IMG/VR virus record: IMGVR_UViG_3300031539_000002
Strand: one strand, 5' to 3'
From: a virus
Length of the DNA stretch: 64,000 nucleotides
Of this stretch, positions 1 through 8,806 are shown one piece after another. A program made the position numbers and the translations under genes. How positions within the stretch are numbered: position 1 is the stretch's first letter; each line of letters opens with the position of its first letter. The notes beneath the pieces are model-generated. The model ran no database searches. It was not told the DNA's origin and saw only the letters and a program-made list of their open reading frames with translations.

Positions 1-131
1 GTGTCCAGGACCAATTCGAGATGAACGAACACATGGACTGGTCCACGCAAGTCGGACCCCATACGCAGCACGGTCGAGGGCCGTCTCCTCTGCGCGTGGC
101 CTCGGCTTGGATGGAGGCTCAAGACGCGTGA
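1..131 (+). CDS. 3' end of an upstream hypothetical (probable virion) protein, partial
   Basis: Open frame from base 3 reads ...GPSPLRVASAWMEAQDA* and ends in TGA 129-131, overlapping GTG 128 of the next gene. It carries the RVAxxW motif seen in other head-region proteins. Confidence 0.6.
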   Translation, partial: VQDQFEMNEHMDWSTQVGPHTQHGRGPSPLRVASAWMEAQDA

Positions 132-3100
132 GACTCTTGGCGCATTCTCATCGGGTAGCACTTCGTCGTCCCGAGTCCCTTGCGGCGATCCGACCCCTCT
201 TGATCGAGGCGGCTGTGTTGTTGCGCGTGGGCAAGGAGCCCGGGGTCAGCACGGACCCGGAGTTTGCGCAGTGGGTCGAGAAGCAGAAGTTCCGGTCGCA
301 GGCTGGGAATGATGTGCAGTTCAAAAGCCTCCCCGTAGAGGAGCAGGCCAAGATCCGTGCGCGATGGCAGCAGGCTAAGCAGGAGCAAGGGCAACAGCAA
401 GAACCGAAGAGTCAAAAATGGGACGGACTTGCGCGAGAAGAGTCCAAGGCATTCGGAAAATGGCTCGGCCAACAGGGAGCTGACTCGGAATCTCTCTGGA
501 GTTCCCCCGGCAATCGGCCGGCGAAAAAGGAGATCTGGCGCAATTTCCAAAAAGACCGAAATCGGACACCCACCGTCTCCGAACAAATGGCAGAGCAGCG
601 CAAACGGGAGGAAAACAAGACCCCCGAGGAGCGTGAAAAGGAAAAGGCTCAAGGTGAAAAGAAGGAGCAAGAAGGTGCCGCCAAACGCAAAAAGCTCCAA
701 GAAATGTCCCCGAACGATCGCCCTCAAAAGTGGGTGAGCGTCGATAACGGAAACTCGATGTGGCATCGAGGAGAGATCGGCGACGACGCGAAAGTCAAAG
801 ACTCTAAAATCGTGGGCACCATTGACGGGTCAGCAACCGTTGAGACGTCCCGAGTGGGCGCTCGAGCCCGTGTCGGCGGGGAAGCGCAGGTTCGCGGGTC
901 CGACATCGACAGCGGCGTCGTTGAAGACAATGCCAGAGTCACCGGCTGTGAGGTTGGAGGGGGGGCCCGTGTCCGAGGTGACAGTGACATCAGCGATGCC
1001 AAGATTCGTGGAGGAACTTGGGATGGAGTTCAACTCAAGGGGCGCGGAGGCATCTACCACGACTCCTACGACCCGAAGACGCTGGAAACCCTCAGCGGGG
1101 TTCGTGGCAACCCGAGCCCCGGCGATGGGCCTCTTCGCGCAATGGAGCGCTACTTTGCGGACGGTGGTCGTACGAAGGGGTGGCTCGGAGGAGACTACGA
1201 CCGCAAAAAGCTCCAGCGGAAGATTCAGGAGCACACTTACGATCGGTACGATCGCAAAGACCCGTGGCTTGGTCGCGGGGCGAGTTTCATCGATCAGCTC
1301 GACGATGAAGGGTTCGACCATCTCATGGGGGTGGCGCAACGCAGGGCCGACGAGAGCCAAACTAAGAAGAGAAGGAAAAAAGCAATGCTGTACCAACTGA
1401 CCAAGACGGCGCTTGAGCATCCCGAATTTCGTGAAGGCCTCTTGCCCCTTGTGAAGCTTGGCAAAGATGTGCGAACGGCTTCGGGAGGAGCCAACCTGCG
1501 CCAGGCCGTCATCCGAACTGCTTTTGAAGCAACCGATCCCGAGTTCAAAACTCTCCTCGTCCGCTGTGTGATGGCGGCTGACCGGGCCCCTGAGCCGTCC
1601 AAGAAGGTGGCTCAAACAACTGCCCTGTCGGCTGCGGAGCGCAAGCGTCTTGTGCGGGTGGCCTACGAGTCCAAGGACTCCGCAGCACGCAAAGAAATCC
1701 TCGAGCAGATCAAAACTGCGGATGCCCGTCATGACGAGCTGATCGAGGCGAACCTGGTCGAGAACGACTCCTGGGAAGGCCCTCTGGCCATCGAAGCGTC
1801 CGAGTACAAAACTCTCGTTCGTGTCGCCTACAGCACCAAGGATCTCGGCCGTCGTCGAGAGATTCTCGGACTCCTCAAGGAGGCCAAGTACAGCCCTGGC
1901 TTCATGAAGTACGTCGAGAAGCAGCAGTGGAAACACCCCGAGACGGGCAACATGGTCCAGTTCGTTTCGCTGCCTCCCAAGGAGCAGAAGAAGATCCACG
2001 AACAGTGGAAGGCGGGCAAGAAGGACTGGGCCCAGAAGTTCAAGCCCGACGGTCTCGGTGAGGAGACGGAGTTGAGTCCCGAGAAGTTCGATGACCTCAA
2101 GCCCGGCGACCGTCTGTGGATCTCTTGGGCCCCGCACGTCGAACACAAGGTCACTGGCTTCAACAAGACCAAGACGGGCAAACCCGTCCTCGAGATGGTC
2201 ATGGTGAACCCGGAGACGGGTGAGGAAGGCGAGGAGCGATACATGCACCGTTCCTCCGCTGGCAACCCGAAGCACGACATCCACATCCTGCCCGAAGGCG
2301 CCAAGCCCAAGGACCCCGCCAAAACCGAAGATGCTAAGGCTGAGGCGCCCAAGGAAGAGCCCAAGGCCGAAACTCCAAAGTCTGCGATTCCGGCCGCGGC
2401 AAAAGAGAGCCTCGAGATCATGCACGCGAATGCAGGGTCGTGGATGAATGCGCCCGGAATGCCGGGGTACGGGGCTAGCTTCAGTGCCGAGGATGCTCCT
2501 TTCTCGGAGGGGGACATCATTGAAATTGAAGAGGGCGGCTATCCCCCCATCAAGTACAAGGTCCAGGCTGGCAAACTCGTGGTCGGACCCAACGGCAGCG
2601 CCATGATGGCCACACCTCTGCCTGGGCAAAAGGTCGAAGGGACCACACTCATCCCGATCGGCGGTAAATATGAGCCCCAGAAGATGAAGGGATTTGATGA
2701 ATCTGGGAAACCTAAACCCGCAAAGATTCCTTCGAGTGCCAAGCCCATGAAGAGTGCGGAGATCGGCCCCGGGGATACTGTCTACCTGAACGGCAAACCC
2801 TACGAAGTTCTGACCTCGAAACCCAACCCCAATGCTCACGGTGACATTTTTGAGCTCAAAAACGGCCCTGACTCCGCGAGCATCTTGGCTCTCGATGGCC
2901 CCAAGGACTCAAAAGGATCGGCTTTCGTCACCCAAGGCAAAAAGCCAGAGAAGGTCAAGGAGCCAGAGAAGGCCAAGGAGCCCGAGAAGACCGAGGCCCC
3001 CAAGGCCATGAAGCACAAGGACCGCAAGGAGCTCCGTGGGGTTCCCAAGCCGGATTCCGACAAGGTCAAGCTCACCGCGAAGGTCAAGCAGGGGTTCACC

Positions 3101-3565
3101 CCTGATGGGCTCAGCGACGAGGCCAAGAAGGCCACCGAGGCTGGCTTCAAGGGTCTCACCTACGGCGGCCTCAAGCAGCTTGCTACCAACGTCCAAGCGG
3201 CTGTGGACGACCCCGAGGGAGCCTACGCGAAGGCGCTCGCCGGAAGCGGCTACTCCCCCGGTGACCTGTCCGAGATGCACAAGACCATCAAGACCCTCAT
3301 GCGAGGGGCTGAAGGTCGCAAGTACACGCAGCCGGTGCTCGACATCGCCAACAAGTACGACCTTGAGTCCGAGGATGCGGACGAGCTGTACGATTTCAAA
3401 GACGACAAGCCGGGGCGCGGCAAGAAGCTGACGGACCAACAACTGTTCGACAAGTTCCTTGCCAAGGCCAAGCCAGAAACTCGGGAGCGCATGCAAGGCA
3501 TGAACCTGAAAGACTTCATGATCATGTACGCCTCGATCATGGATGAGGAAGACGAAGAGGTTTGA
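128..3565 (+). CDS. Large modular putative internal virion protein (helical LxRxA repeats, 2 NPxTGN-type modules, hexapeptide-repeat beta-helix, C-terminal domain paralogous to next gene)
   Basis: 1152-aa ORF; probable start GTG 128 (GTGA overlap). Hexapeptide-like repeats at ~776-1017 (IGDDAKVKDSKI...VEDNARVTG). Modules shared with 3562-6003 and 48920-58297. Confidence 0.75.
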   Translation: MRLLAHSHRVALRRPESLAAIRPLLIEAAVLLRVGKEPGVSTDPEFAQWVEKQKFRSQAGNDVQFKSLPVEEQAKIRARWQQAKQEQGQQQEPKSQKWDGLAREESKAFGKWLGQQGADSESLWSSPGNRPAKKEIWRNFQKDRNRTPTVSEQMAEQRKREENKTPEEREKEKAQGEKKEQEGAAKRKKLQEMSPNDRPQKWVSVDNGNSMWHRGEIGDDAKVKDSKIVGTIDGSATVETSRVGARARVGGEAQVRGSDIDSGVVEDNARVTGCEVGGGARVRGDSDISDAKIRGGTWDGVQLKGRGGIYHDSYDPKTLETLSGVRGNPSPGDGPLRAMERYFADGGRTKGWLGGDYDRKKLQRKIQEHTYDRYDRKDPWLGRGASFIDQLDDEGFDHLMGVAQRRADESQTKKRRKKAMLYQLTKTALEHPEFREGLLPLVKLGKDVRTASGGANLRQAVIRTAFEATDPEFKTLLVRCVMAADRAPEPSKKVAQTTALSAAERKRLVRVAYESKDSAARKEILEQIKTADARHDELIEANLVENDSWEGPLAIEASEYKTLVRVAYSTKDLGRRREILGLLKEAKYSPGFMKYVEKQQWKHPETGNMVQFVSLPPKEQKKIHEQWKAGKKDWAQKFKPDGLGEETELSPEKFDDLKPGDRLWISWAPHVEHKVTGFNKTKTGKPVLEMVMVNPETGEEGEERYMHRSSAGNPKHDIHILPEGAKPKDPAKTEDAKAEAPKEEPKAETPKSAIPAAAKESLEIMHANAGSWMNAPGMPGYGASFSAEDAPFSEGDIIEIEEGGYPPIKYKVQAGKLVVGPNGSAMMATPLPGQKVEGTTLIPIGGKYEPQKMKGFDESGKPKPAKIPSSAKPMKSAEIGPGDTVYLNGKPYEVLTSKPNPNAHGDIFELKNGPDSASILALDGPKDSKGSAFVTQGKKPEKVKEPEKAKEPEKTEAPKAMKHKDRKELRGVPKPDSDKVKLTAKVKQGFTPDGLSDEAKKATEAGFKGLTYGGLKQLATNVQAAVDDPEGAYAKALAGSGYSPGDLSEMHKTIKTLMRGAEGRKYTQPVLDIANKYDLESEDADELYDFKDDKPGRGKKLTDQQLFDKFLAKAKPETRERMQGMNLKDFMIMYASIMDEEDEEV

Positions 3566-6003
3566 TCATGGCCTTGACCCCCGCACAGCGAGAACTCGTC
3601 AGGATTGCTGCCCGGACTTCGGACCCCGAGCGGCGTCGGGGACTGTTGATGCGTCTTGTGGATGCCCTTCCGAGAACCCCTCTTGTCCGTGGGGCTGGGG
3701 AAAAGGTGCTTGCTCGGAGTCTGGACCAGTTCTCGCGCGGCGGTGAGGTGCCCATGACCCCATTTGCCAAGCGAATGGTCCGTCTCGCTTACGCGACGAC
3801 AGACAAAGTGCTTCGCCAAGGGATCCTCGAGTCGGTTCGCGTTGCGGCTTACCCGAAGGAGTTTCTGGAGGCGGTCAAGCAACAGAAATTCCGCAACCCA
3901 GTCACAAACAATCAAGTGAAGTTCGTCTCTCTGCCTGGCACGATGCAGACGCAGATCTACGAGCAGTGGAGGCAAAAGAACCAGCCCCCTACTGGTCTTG
4001 AGAATGTGCAGGTGCCTCAGGAGGTCCTGACGGAGGCCCGTGAAACTATTTACGGTCACCTGCCGCAAGCTGTCTCGTCTATGGAAGAGGCGATGAAGCT
4101 GCAGGAGCAGGGCAAACCTTGGCGCACCACGATGATTGCGAAGGGGGCGAAGGGGGGCATGAAGTTCTGGGAGGCGTCGAGCGACGGGAAGACGATTCTG
4201 GCGCGGTGGGGCCCCATGGGGCCCGCGGGCGACTGGAAACAGAGCAAGGAGATGAAGAGCGTCAAGGACGCTTTCAAACGGCGCGACTCCAAAGAGAAAA
4301 AGGGCTACATGAGCGCCGGCTTCAACATCGCCATGGCGGTTACGGACGGCCCAGTTGGGCTGACGACGGACGGTGTGTGGGCTCAGCTCGAAGAGAAATT
4401 CGGCAGCGATCCTGAAAAAATGGGGCAGGCGGTCAAAGGTGCTTTGGCCAGCCTCACGCAGCTCGATGCCTGGAATCCCGGTGGCTGGGACTCCGTGCAT
4501 GACACGGCGAACGGGCTCGTGCAGAAGTGGAAAGAGCACCAAGCCGGGGCCGACTCTTCGACCGCAGAGGTCCTGAAGGAAGCCCCCAAGCCGAAGAAGG
4601 ACAAGCCGAAGCCGAAGAAAACGAAGGCCCCTGAGATGGTCGACATGACGGCCGACGTCATGGATTTTCTCAAGCAGATGGGGACCAGTCCCTCGAAACT
4701 GCCGGATCTCGACAGCGGGCTCGTCTCGTTGGTGTCCGAGTGGGAAGGTTCCGATGCAGATTTCGACAAAATCGACGAGCTCGGGAAAGAGGTCTTCGGC
4801 AACAACTTCGATGACACTCGGCGCGTTGAAATGATGCGTGCTGTTGCGGATGGTCTTGAGAATCAGGTGAAGCAGGCGGAGGCCGAAGGTAACAAGGAGC
4901 ACGCGGCGAATCTCGAGGAGATGATCGGCATCGCTCGCAAGAGAGCCGACTTCCTTGAGCATGATGTCAAGACGAAGAAGAAGAAGAAGAAGACCCAGGC
5001 CCCTCCGATGGTTGACATGACGGGCGACGTCATGGAGAAACTCAAGCAGATTGGCGAGGAGTTCGACGAGAAAGGTGAGGCGGCTAAGAAGAAGCTGGAA
5101 AAGGCCAAGGCCAAGCCCAAGCCGAAGAAAACCGAAGCACCGAAGCCTGAGAAGACCGAGGCCCCCAAGGGCAAGCACAAGGATCGCAAAGAACTTCGTG
5201 CCAAGCCGAAAAAGAAGATGGCTGATTCGGTCAAAGTCAGTGATGAGCTCTCAGGGATTCTGATTCCCGACAGCATGAGCGATGCGAAGAAGGCTCAGGC
5301 CAAGCAACAGCTCAAATCCGCGAACTTCCAACTCCTCTCAACCCTTCGGGAAAACGCCCAACACGCTCTGGACAGCCCTGGGGGTGCCTATGCCAAGGCC
5401 CTCAAGAAGGCCGGTTACACCCCGGAGGGCATCCGAGACATGCACACGGCCCTGTCCAAGGCCCTCGTGCCCGCGCTCGGCAAGAAATACCACCCCGACG
5501 TGCTCCAGGTTGCCAACCTGCACGACCTTGAGTCGGAAGATGCTGACCAACTCGCAGCTTTCAAGGGCGACAAGCCTGCTCGAGGCAAGAAACTCACGCC
5601 ACAAGAACTGTTCAACAAGTTCATGGCGAAAGCCAAGCCGGAGACGAAGGAGCGCATGCAGGGTATGCCTCTCAACGATTTCATGGCCATGTACGCCGCG
5701 ATCATGTCCGAGGAAGACGAAGGGTTTGACGCTCCGGGCAAGACAGCCGGCCGTCTCCCACAAGAACCTCACAGCGTCGTCCAAGATGCGTTCGAGGAAG
5801 GCGTCCTTGCGATGGATGACACCGTGAACGACATCCTTGCAGGTGAGGATGAAGACGCTGGCGGCATCACCATCTTCGACTCCCCCGAAGAGGCGAGGAC
5901 AGCGAAGTTGTCCGATGAGGATCGACAAATCGTCCGGCTGGCCCACTCCACGGGCAATGTGAATCTTCGGCGACGCCTGCTCGCCATGTTCCGAGCTTCG
6001 TAA
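3562..6003 (+). CDS. Modular putative internal virion protein with WGR-like domain; C-terminal paralog of upstream gene
   Basis: 813-aa ORF. WGR-like motif KFW...RWGPMG...KEKKGY (~4162-4310). Shares the C-terminal DLESEDAD...KAKPET.ERMQGM domain with the upstream gene. Internal repeat APxMVDMTxDVM occurs twice. Confidence 0.75.
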   Translation: MIMALTPAQRELVRIAARTSDPERRRGLLMRLVDALPRTPLVRGAGEKVLARSLDQFSRGGEVPMTPFAKRMVRLAYATTDKVLRQGILESVRVAAYPKEFLEAVKQQKFRNPVTNNQVKFVSLPGTMQTQIYEQWRQKNQPPTGLENVQVPQEVLTEARETIYGHLPQAVSSMEEAMKLQEQGKPWRTTMIAKGAKGGMKFWEASSDGKTILARWGPMGPAGDWKQSKEMKSVKDAFKRRDSKEKKGYMSAGFNIAMAVTDGPVGLTTDGVWAQLEEKFGSDPEKMGQAVKGALASLTQLDAWNPGGWDSVHDTANGLVQKWKEHQAGADSSTAEVLKEAPKPKKDKPKPKKTKAPEMVDMTADVMDFLKQMGTSPSKLPDLDSGLVSLVSEWEGSDADFDKIDELGKEVFGNNFDDTRRVEMMRAVADGLENQVKQAEAEGNKEHAANLEEMIGIARKRADFLEHDVKTKKKKKKTQAPPMVDMTGDVMEKLKQIGEEFDEKGEAAKKKLEKAKAKPKPKKTEAPKPEKTEAPKGKHKDRKELRAKPKKKMADSVKVSDELSGILIPDSMSDAKKAQAKQQLKSANFQLLSTLRENAQHALDSPGGAYAKALKKAGYTPEGIRDMHTALSKALVPALGKKYHPDVLQVANLHDLESEDADQLAAFKGDKPARGKKLTPQELFNKFMAKAKPETKERMQGMPLNDFMAMYAAIMSEEDEGFDAPGKTAGRLPQEPHSVVQDAFEEGVLAMDDTVNDILAGEDEDAGGITIFDSPEEARTAKLSDEDRQIVRLAHSTGNVNLRRRLLAMFRAS

Positions 6004-6005
6004 AA

Positions 6006-6188
6006 ATGCGACTGCGAGGAGACATCGAGCTCCACCTCGGGATCGACCGCAGGTGGTACGTCGTCGAGCGCCGAACCTTCAATCCAGAGGGCCGGATCAT
6101 CGGGCGCCCCGAGGGCTACAGCTCCCATCATGAAGCCAGACGGTGGAGAACCCTGTACCGCGCTGTCCGCGAACTCCAAGTCGCCTAG
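6006..6188 (+). CDS. Small hypothetical protein
   Basis: 60-aa ORF with ATG 2 nt after the upstream stop; fills the gap. Confidence 0.45.
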   Translation: MRLRGDIELHLGIDRRWYVVERRTFNPEGRIIGRPEGYSSHHEARRWRTLYRAVRELQVA

Positions 6189-6211
6189 GGAGAGTAAAAC
6201 CTCTGCTAGGG

Positions 6212-6790
6212 ATGATTTCTCGACCTGAAAACCTCCAAGAGCGGTTCATCCGAGTTTCTAGGGAGCAAAAAGCTACCTTGGTAGTGTCTCCTGACGACTT
6301 CCGAACTGACGACCAGGGCATCTACGAACAGGTAGGGGACATGGGACTCATTGGCTGGAGCATGGCTACACGCGTGTTTCAGGAGCTTTTGCCGACCGTG
6401 GATGAGGTCCGGGTCCTCGCGGGGGCGCCCGGTTCTGGCAAGACTACGTGGCTCGAGCAGCATGGTGTTGCCGGTGTTCTCTACTTCGACAGCACGGGAA
6501 GCGCGAGGAAGAGCCGACGAGAACTGTGCAGGATGGCGGCCGACGCCGGCAGGGAGATCTCTTGCGTGTTCCTCGACGTGGAGCTCGCGGTGTGCCTTGC
6601 GCGCAACGCCACTCGACCTGAGCATCGACGTGTGCCTGAGGAGGTCCTCCGCGGTATCCACCACAGGCTTGCTGAGTGCCCTCCAGACGTGGATGAAGGG
6701 TGGCATCGCGTGCTCAGGGTGGGGGCCGACCCGAGGGCTCTCGGGGGCCTCTGCGGCCGCGTGCTTGACAGCCCGGGTGACGACCCCTAG
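6212..6790 (+). CDS. P-loop kinase, polynucleotide-kinase-like (AAA_33 type)
   Basis: Walker A GAPGSGKTT, YFDST, lid CLARNATR...RRVPEEV and terminal EGW. Start placed at in-frame ATG 6212. Confidence 0.7.
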   Translation: MISRPENLQERFIRVSREQKATLVVSPDDFRTDDQGIYEQVGDMGLIGWSMATRVFQELLPTVDEVRVLAGAPGSGKTTWLEQHGVAGVLYFDSTGSARKSRRELCRMAADAGREISCVFLDVELAVCLARNATRPEHRRVPEEVLRGIHHRLAECPPDVDEGWHRVLRVGADPRALGGLCGRVLDSPGDDP

Positions 6791-7560
6791 CCTCGTTCGG
6801 CTGTCTTCCCTCCGTCCTCGACGGAGGCGAACCCCGCAGGTGGGGAGACCATACGCAAGATGGTCAACCCTGGGGTCGAGCGGAACGCTCGGGCGCGCCT
6901 AACGCTGGGCATCCAGGTCTCCCGACGAAAACCTCGACGGGGACTCTCAGTATCGACGCGCTCGTAGTGGGGAAGCTGGGGAAACCCAGGAGGGACAACG
7001 AAGCCTCCAAGACAGCCCCTCAATGCCGCCTACGCAAGAGGCCAACAGGCGAGGGAAAAGGTTGCACGCGAACGGGCTGATCCTAGCCACGCAGGGTCTT
7101 CGGGATGACTCGACTTCAACACACAGCACAGCAAACAGGACGGGACCAACAGGTCTTGTCCTCCGTGTCGTTGTCGGGACACTCCTCCGTTTTCTATTCG
7201 CTCCGACGAGAGAGCCTGAACCCTGAGTCTGCTTCCCTGGATGGAAACAGCTCAGGGTTTCTCTCGTCGCCCCTCTCCCGGGGTTAAGAGTTAAGAGAAT
7301 AGAGATGGTTGTTTGAAGTAGTAGTCCAACAAATCAAAATCCAAATCCTCCTTCAGCTTCTGATCCAGATCCTCATCATCCTCGTCATCCAACTACTACC
7401 AACCGACAATCGAAGAAGACTCCGGGTTTCCGTCTTGGAAACCTCCTAAACGGGGTCAAAACACTACCTGGGGGCAGTTTCCCTGTTTGCTGGGAAGTCA
7501 GACCCTGTTTGAGATCTTTCTTGAGCCGGTGCTTCGCCTATGGGGAGACCTGTTTGAAGG
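6791..7560. other. Largest non-coding gap, with hairpins and a low-G tract (candidate origin or regulatory region)
   Basis: No convincing ORF. Hairpins CCTCCGTC/GACGGAGG (~6809-6827), CCCTGAG/CTCAGGG (~7221-7257) and GGTTTCC/GGAAACC (7425-7443). A/C/T-rich tract ~7325-7410. Confidence 0.35.
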
Positions 7561-7971
7561 ATGTCCGACAAACGCAGAGCAAGGCAGGGGAGTAAGGGAG
7601 GCAACTTCACCCCCACGCAGGCGAAAAAGCTCCTTGCGCTGCCGGTTTACGCAGTGCTGCGAGGTCAGGCTGTCCCTATTTTTCCGGGAACCTCCCTGGC
7701 TGCACCTTCGGGCCTGGTGGGGATCTTCATGAAACCGGGCAGCTCCTGTCGAGGGCTGCCCGGAGGGAGGGGCATAGTTCTCCCTGTTTGGTTGAACGAC
7801 CGACAGTGGGAGCGCGCTGTCCTGCCTGTTCTCCAAGACCCCCGGTGGTCAAACAGCAACCCGACCTTCGTTCAAACCGCTTCGGTCAACTTCCCCTCTG
7901 TGGTGGACATGATCGGCAACGAGCTCGCGGCTAGTTTCCACGCTGCGGGCTACGGGCCCTTGCCGACGTAG
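7561..7971 (+). CDS. Hypothetical protein
   Basis: 136-aa ORF with GAAGG upstream; first gene of the replication block. Confidence 0.55.
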   Translation: MSDKRRARQGSKGGNFTPTQAKKLLALPVYAVLRGQAVPIFPGTSLAAPSGLVGIFMKPGSSCRGLPGGRGIVLPVWLNDRQWERAVLPVLQDPRWSNSNPTFVQTASVNFPSVVDMIGNELAASFHAAGYGPLPT

Positions 7972-7980
7972 AGTGACAAG

Positions 7981-8187
7981 ATGCCGAGCAATGTGAAGCC
8001 ACCATCGAAGCAGCCCACCGGAATCGTGCGCCCTGAGGACGAGATCGTGTGGACGAAGTGTCGCGGTTCTTCAAAGTGCGAAGGCAATCGCGCGCAGGTG
8101 CTTTTGAAGAAAAACGAAGGCCTTCGTGGAACTTGGATTCAGTACGTCTGCATGACGTGCAAGCGCACCTTTTCCATTCACTTGTAG
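7981..8187 (+). CDS. Small zinc-ribbon protein
   Basis: CRGSSKC ... YVCMTCKRTF cysteine pairs. Confidence 0.6.
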   Translation: MPSNVKPPSKQPTGIVRPEDEIVWTKCRGSSKCEGNRAQVLLKKNEGLRGTWIQYVCMTCKRTFSIHL

Positions 8188-8201
8188 GGCGTATAAGGGA
8201 G

Positions 8202-8804
8202 GTGCCCCCGTACTCGTCCGCGATTCTCTTCCATGGACCCGGTGCCCGTGCTGCTGCCATGCGGGCTGCCAGCGGCCTCGGAAGGCTGCTTCATTCCCCT
8301 TTTGGGGAGGCTGGGCTCAAGATTGCGGAGAGCCGAGAGATCATCAGCATCATGAACAACACCCCGGTCGGCGACCGTGCGGGTGTCCTCGTGATCGGAC
8401 CTGTGGATCGAGCGGCCCCGGCCTCCACGGATGTTCTCCTCAAAAGCATCGAGGAGTTCAACCCCAACATCGTGCGCCCTGTCCTGTGGGCCCATGACGA
8501 GACCGAGGTGAGTTCCACGATTCGCTCAAGATGCCTGCGACGATGGTGTCCTGGTGAGCGACTCGTGGATGAGGATGTGATGGAGGCCGCGCGACAGCTC
8601 GTCTCCGAGAGTTTGGGTGGGCACCGGGCGTCCGTAGTGGAACTCCTGAACGATCGAGACCCTCGAGATATCCTGGTCGGCGCTGCACAAGCTCTCCATG
8701 AGCGCGGGATCGACAAAGAGACCCAATACCTTTGGGAAGGCGTCCGTGCGGCGCTTCGTTTTCGCAACCCGACCGAGACGGAAGCTCTCTCGGCGTTCTT
8801 GTAG
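8202..8804 (+). CDS. holB: DNA polymerase III delta-prime-like clamp-loader subunit
   Basis: VLLKSIEE and STIRSRC (SRC arginine-finger motif) with a degenerate P-loop. Adjacent to a delta-like gene. Start uncertain. Confidence 0.65.
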   Translation: MPPYSSAILFHGPGARAAAMRAASGLGRLLHSPFGEAGLKIAESREIISIMNNTPVGDRAGVLVIGPVDRAAPASTDVLLKSIEEFNPNIVRPVLWAHDETEVSSTIRSRCLRRWCPGERLVDEDVMEAARQLVSESLGGHRASVVELLNDRDPRDILVGAAQALHERGIDKETQYLWEGVRAALRFRNPTETEALSAFL

Positions 8805-8806
8805 CC

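Noticed and set aside
7291-7392. Minus-strand acidic mini-ORF (LDDEDDEDLDQKLKEDLDFDLLDYYFKQPSLFS)
   Set aside because: It is only 33 codons with a TTG start directly after stop codons and no RBS, and is probably a by-product of the skewed tract.
6791-7560. tRNA or tmRNA genes in the intergenic gaps
   Set aside because: I could not identify a cloverleaf with T-loop and acceptor stem by eye. A tRNAscan or Aragorn run would be decisive.
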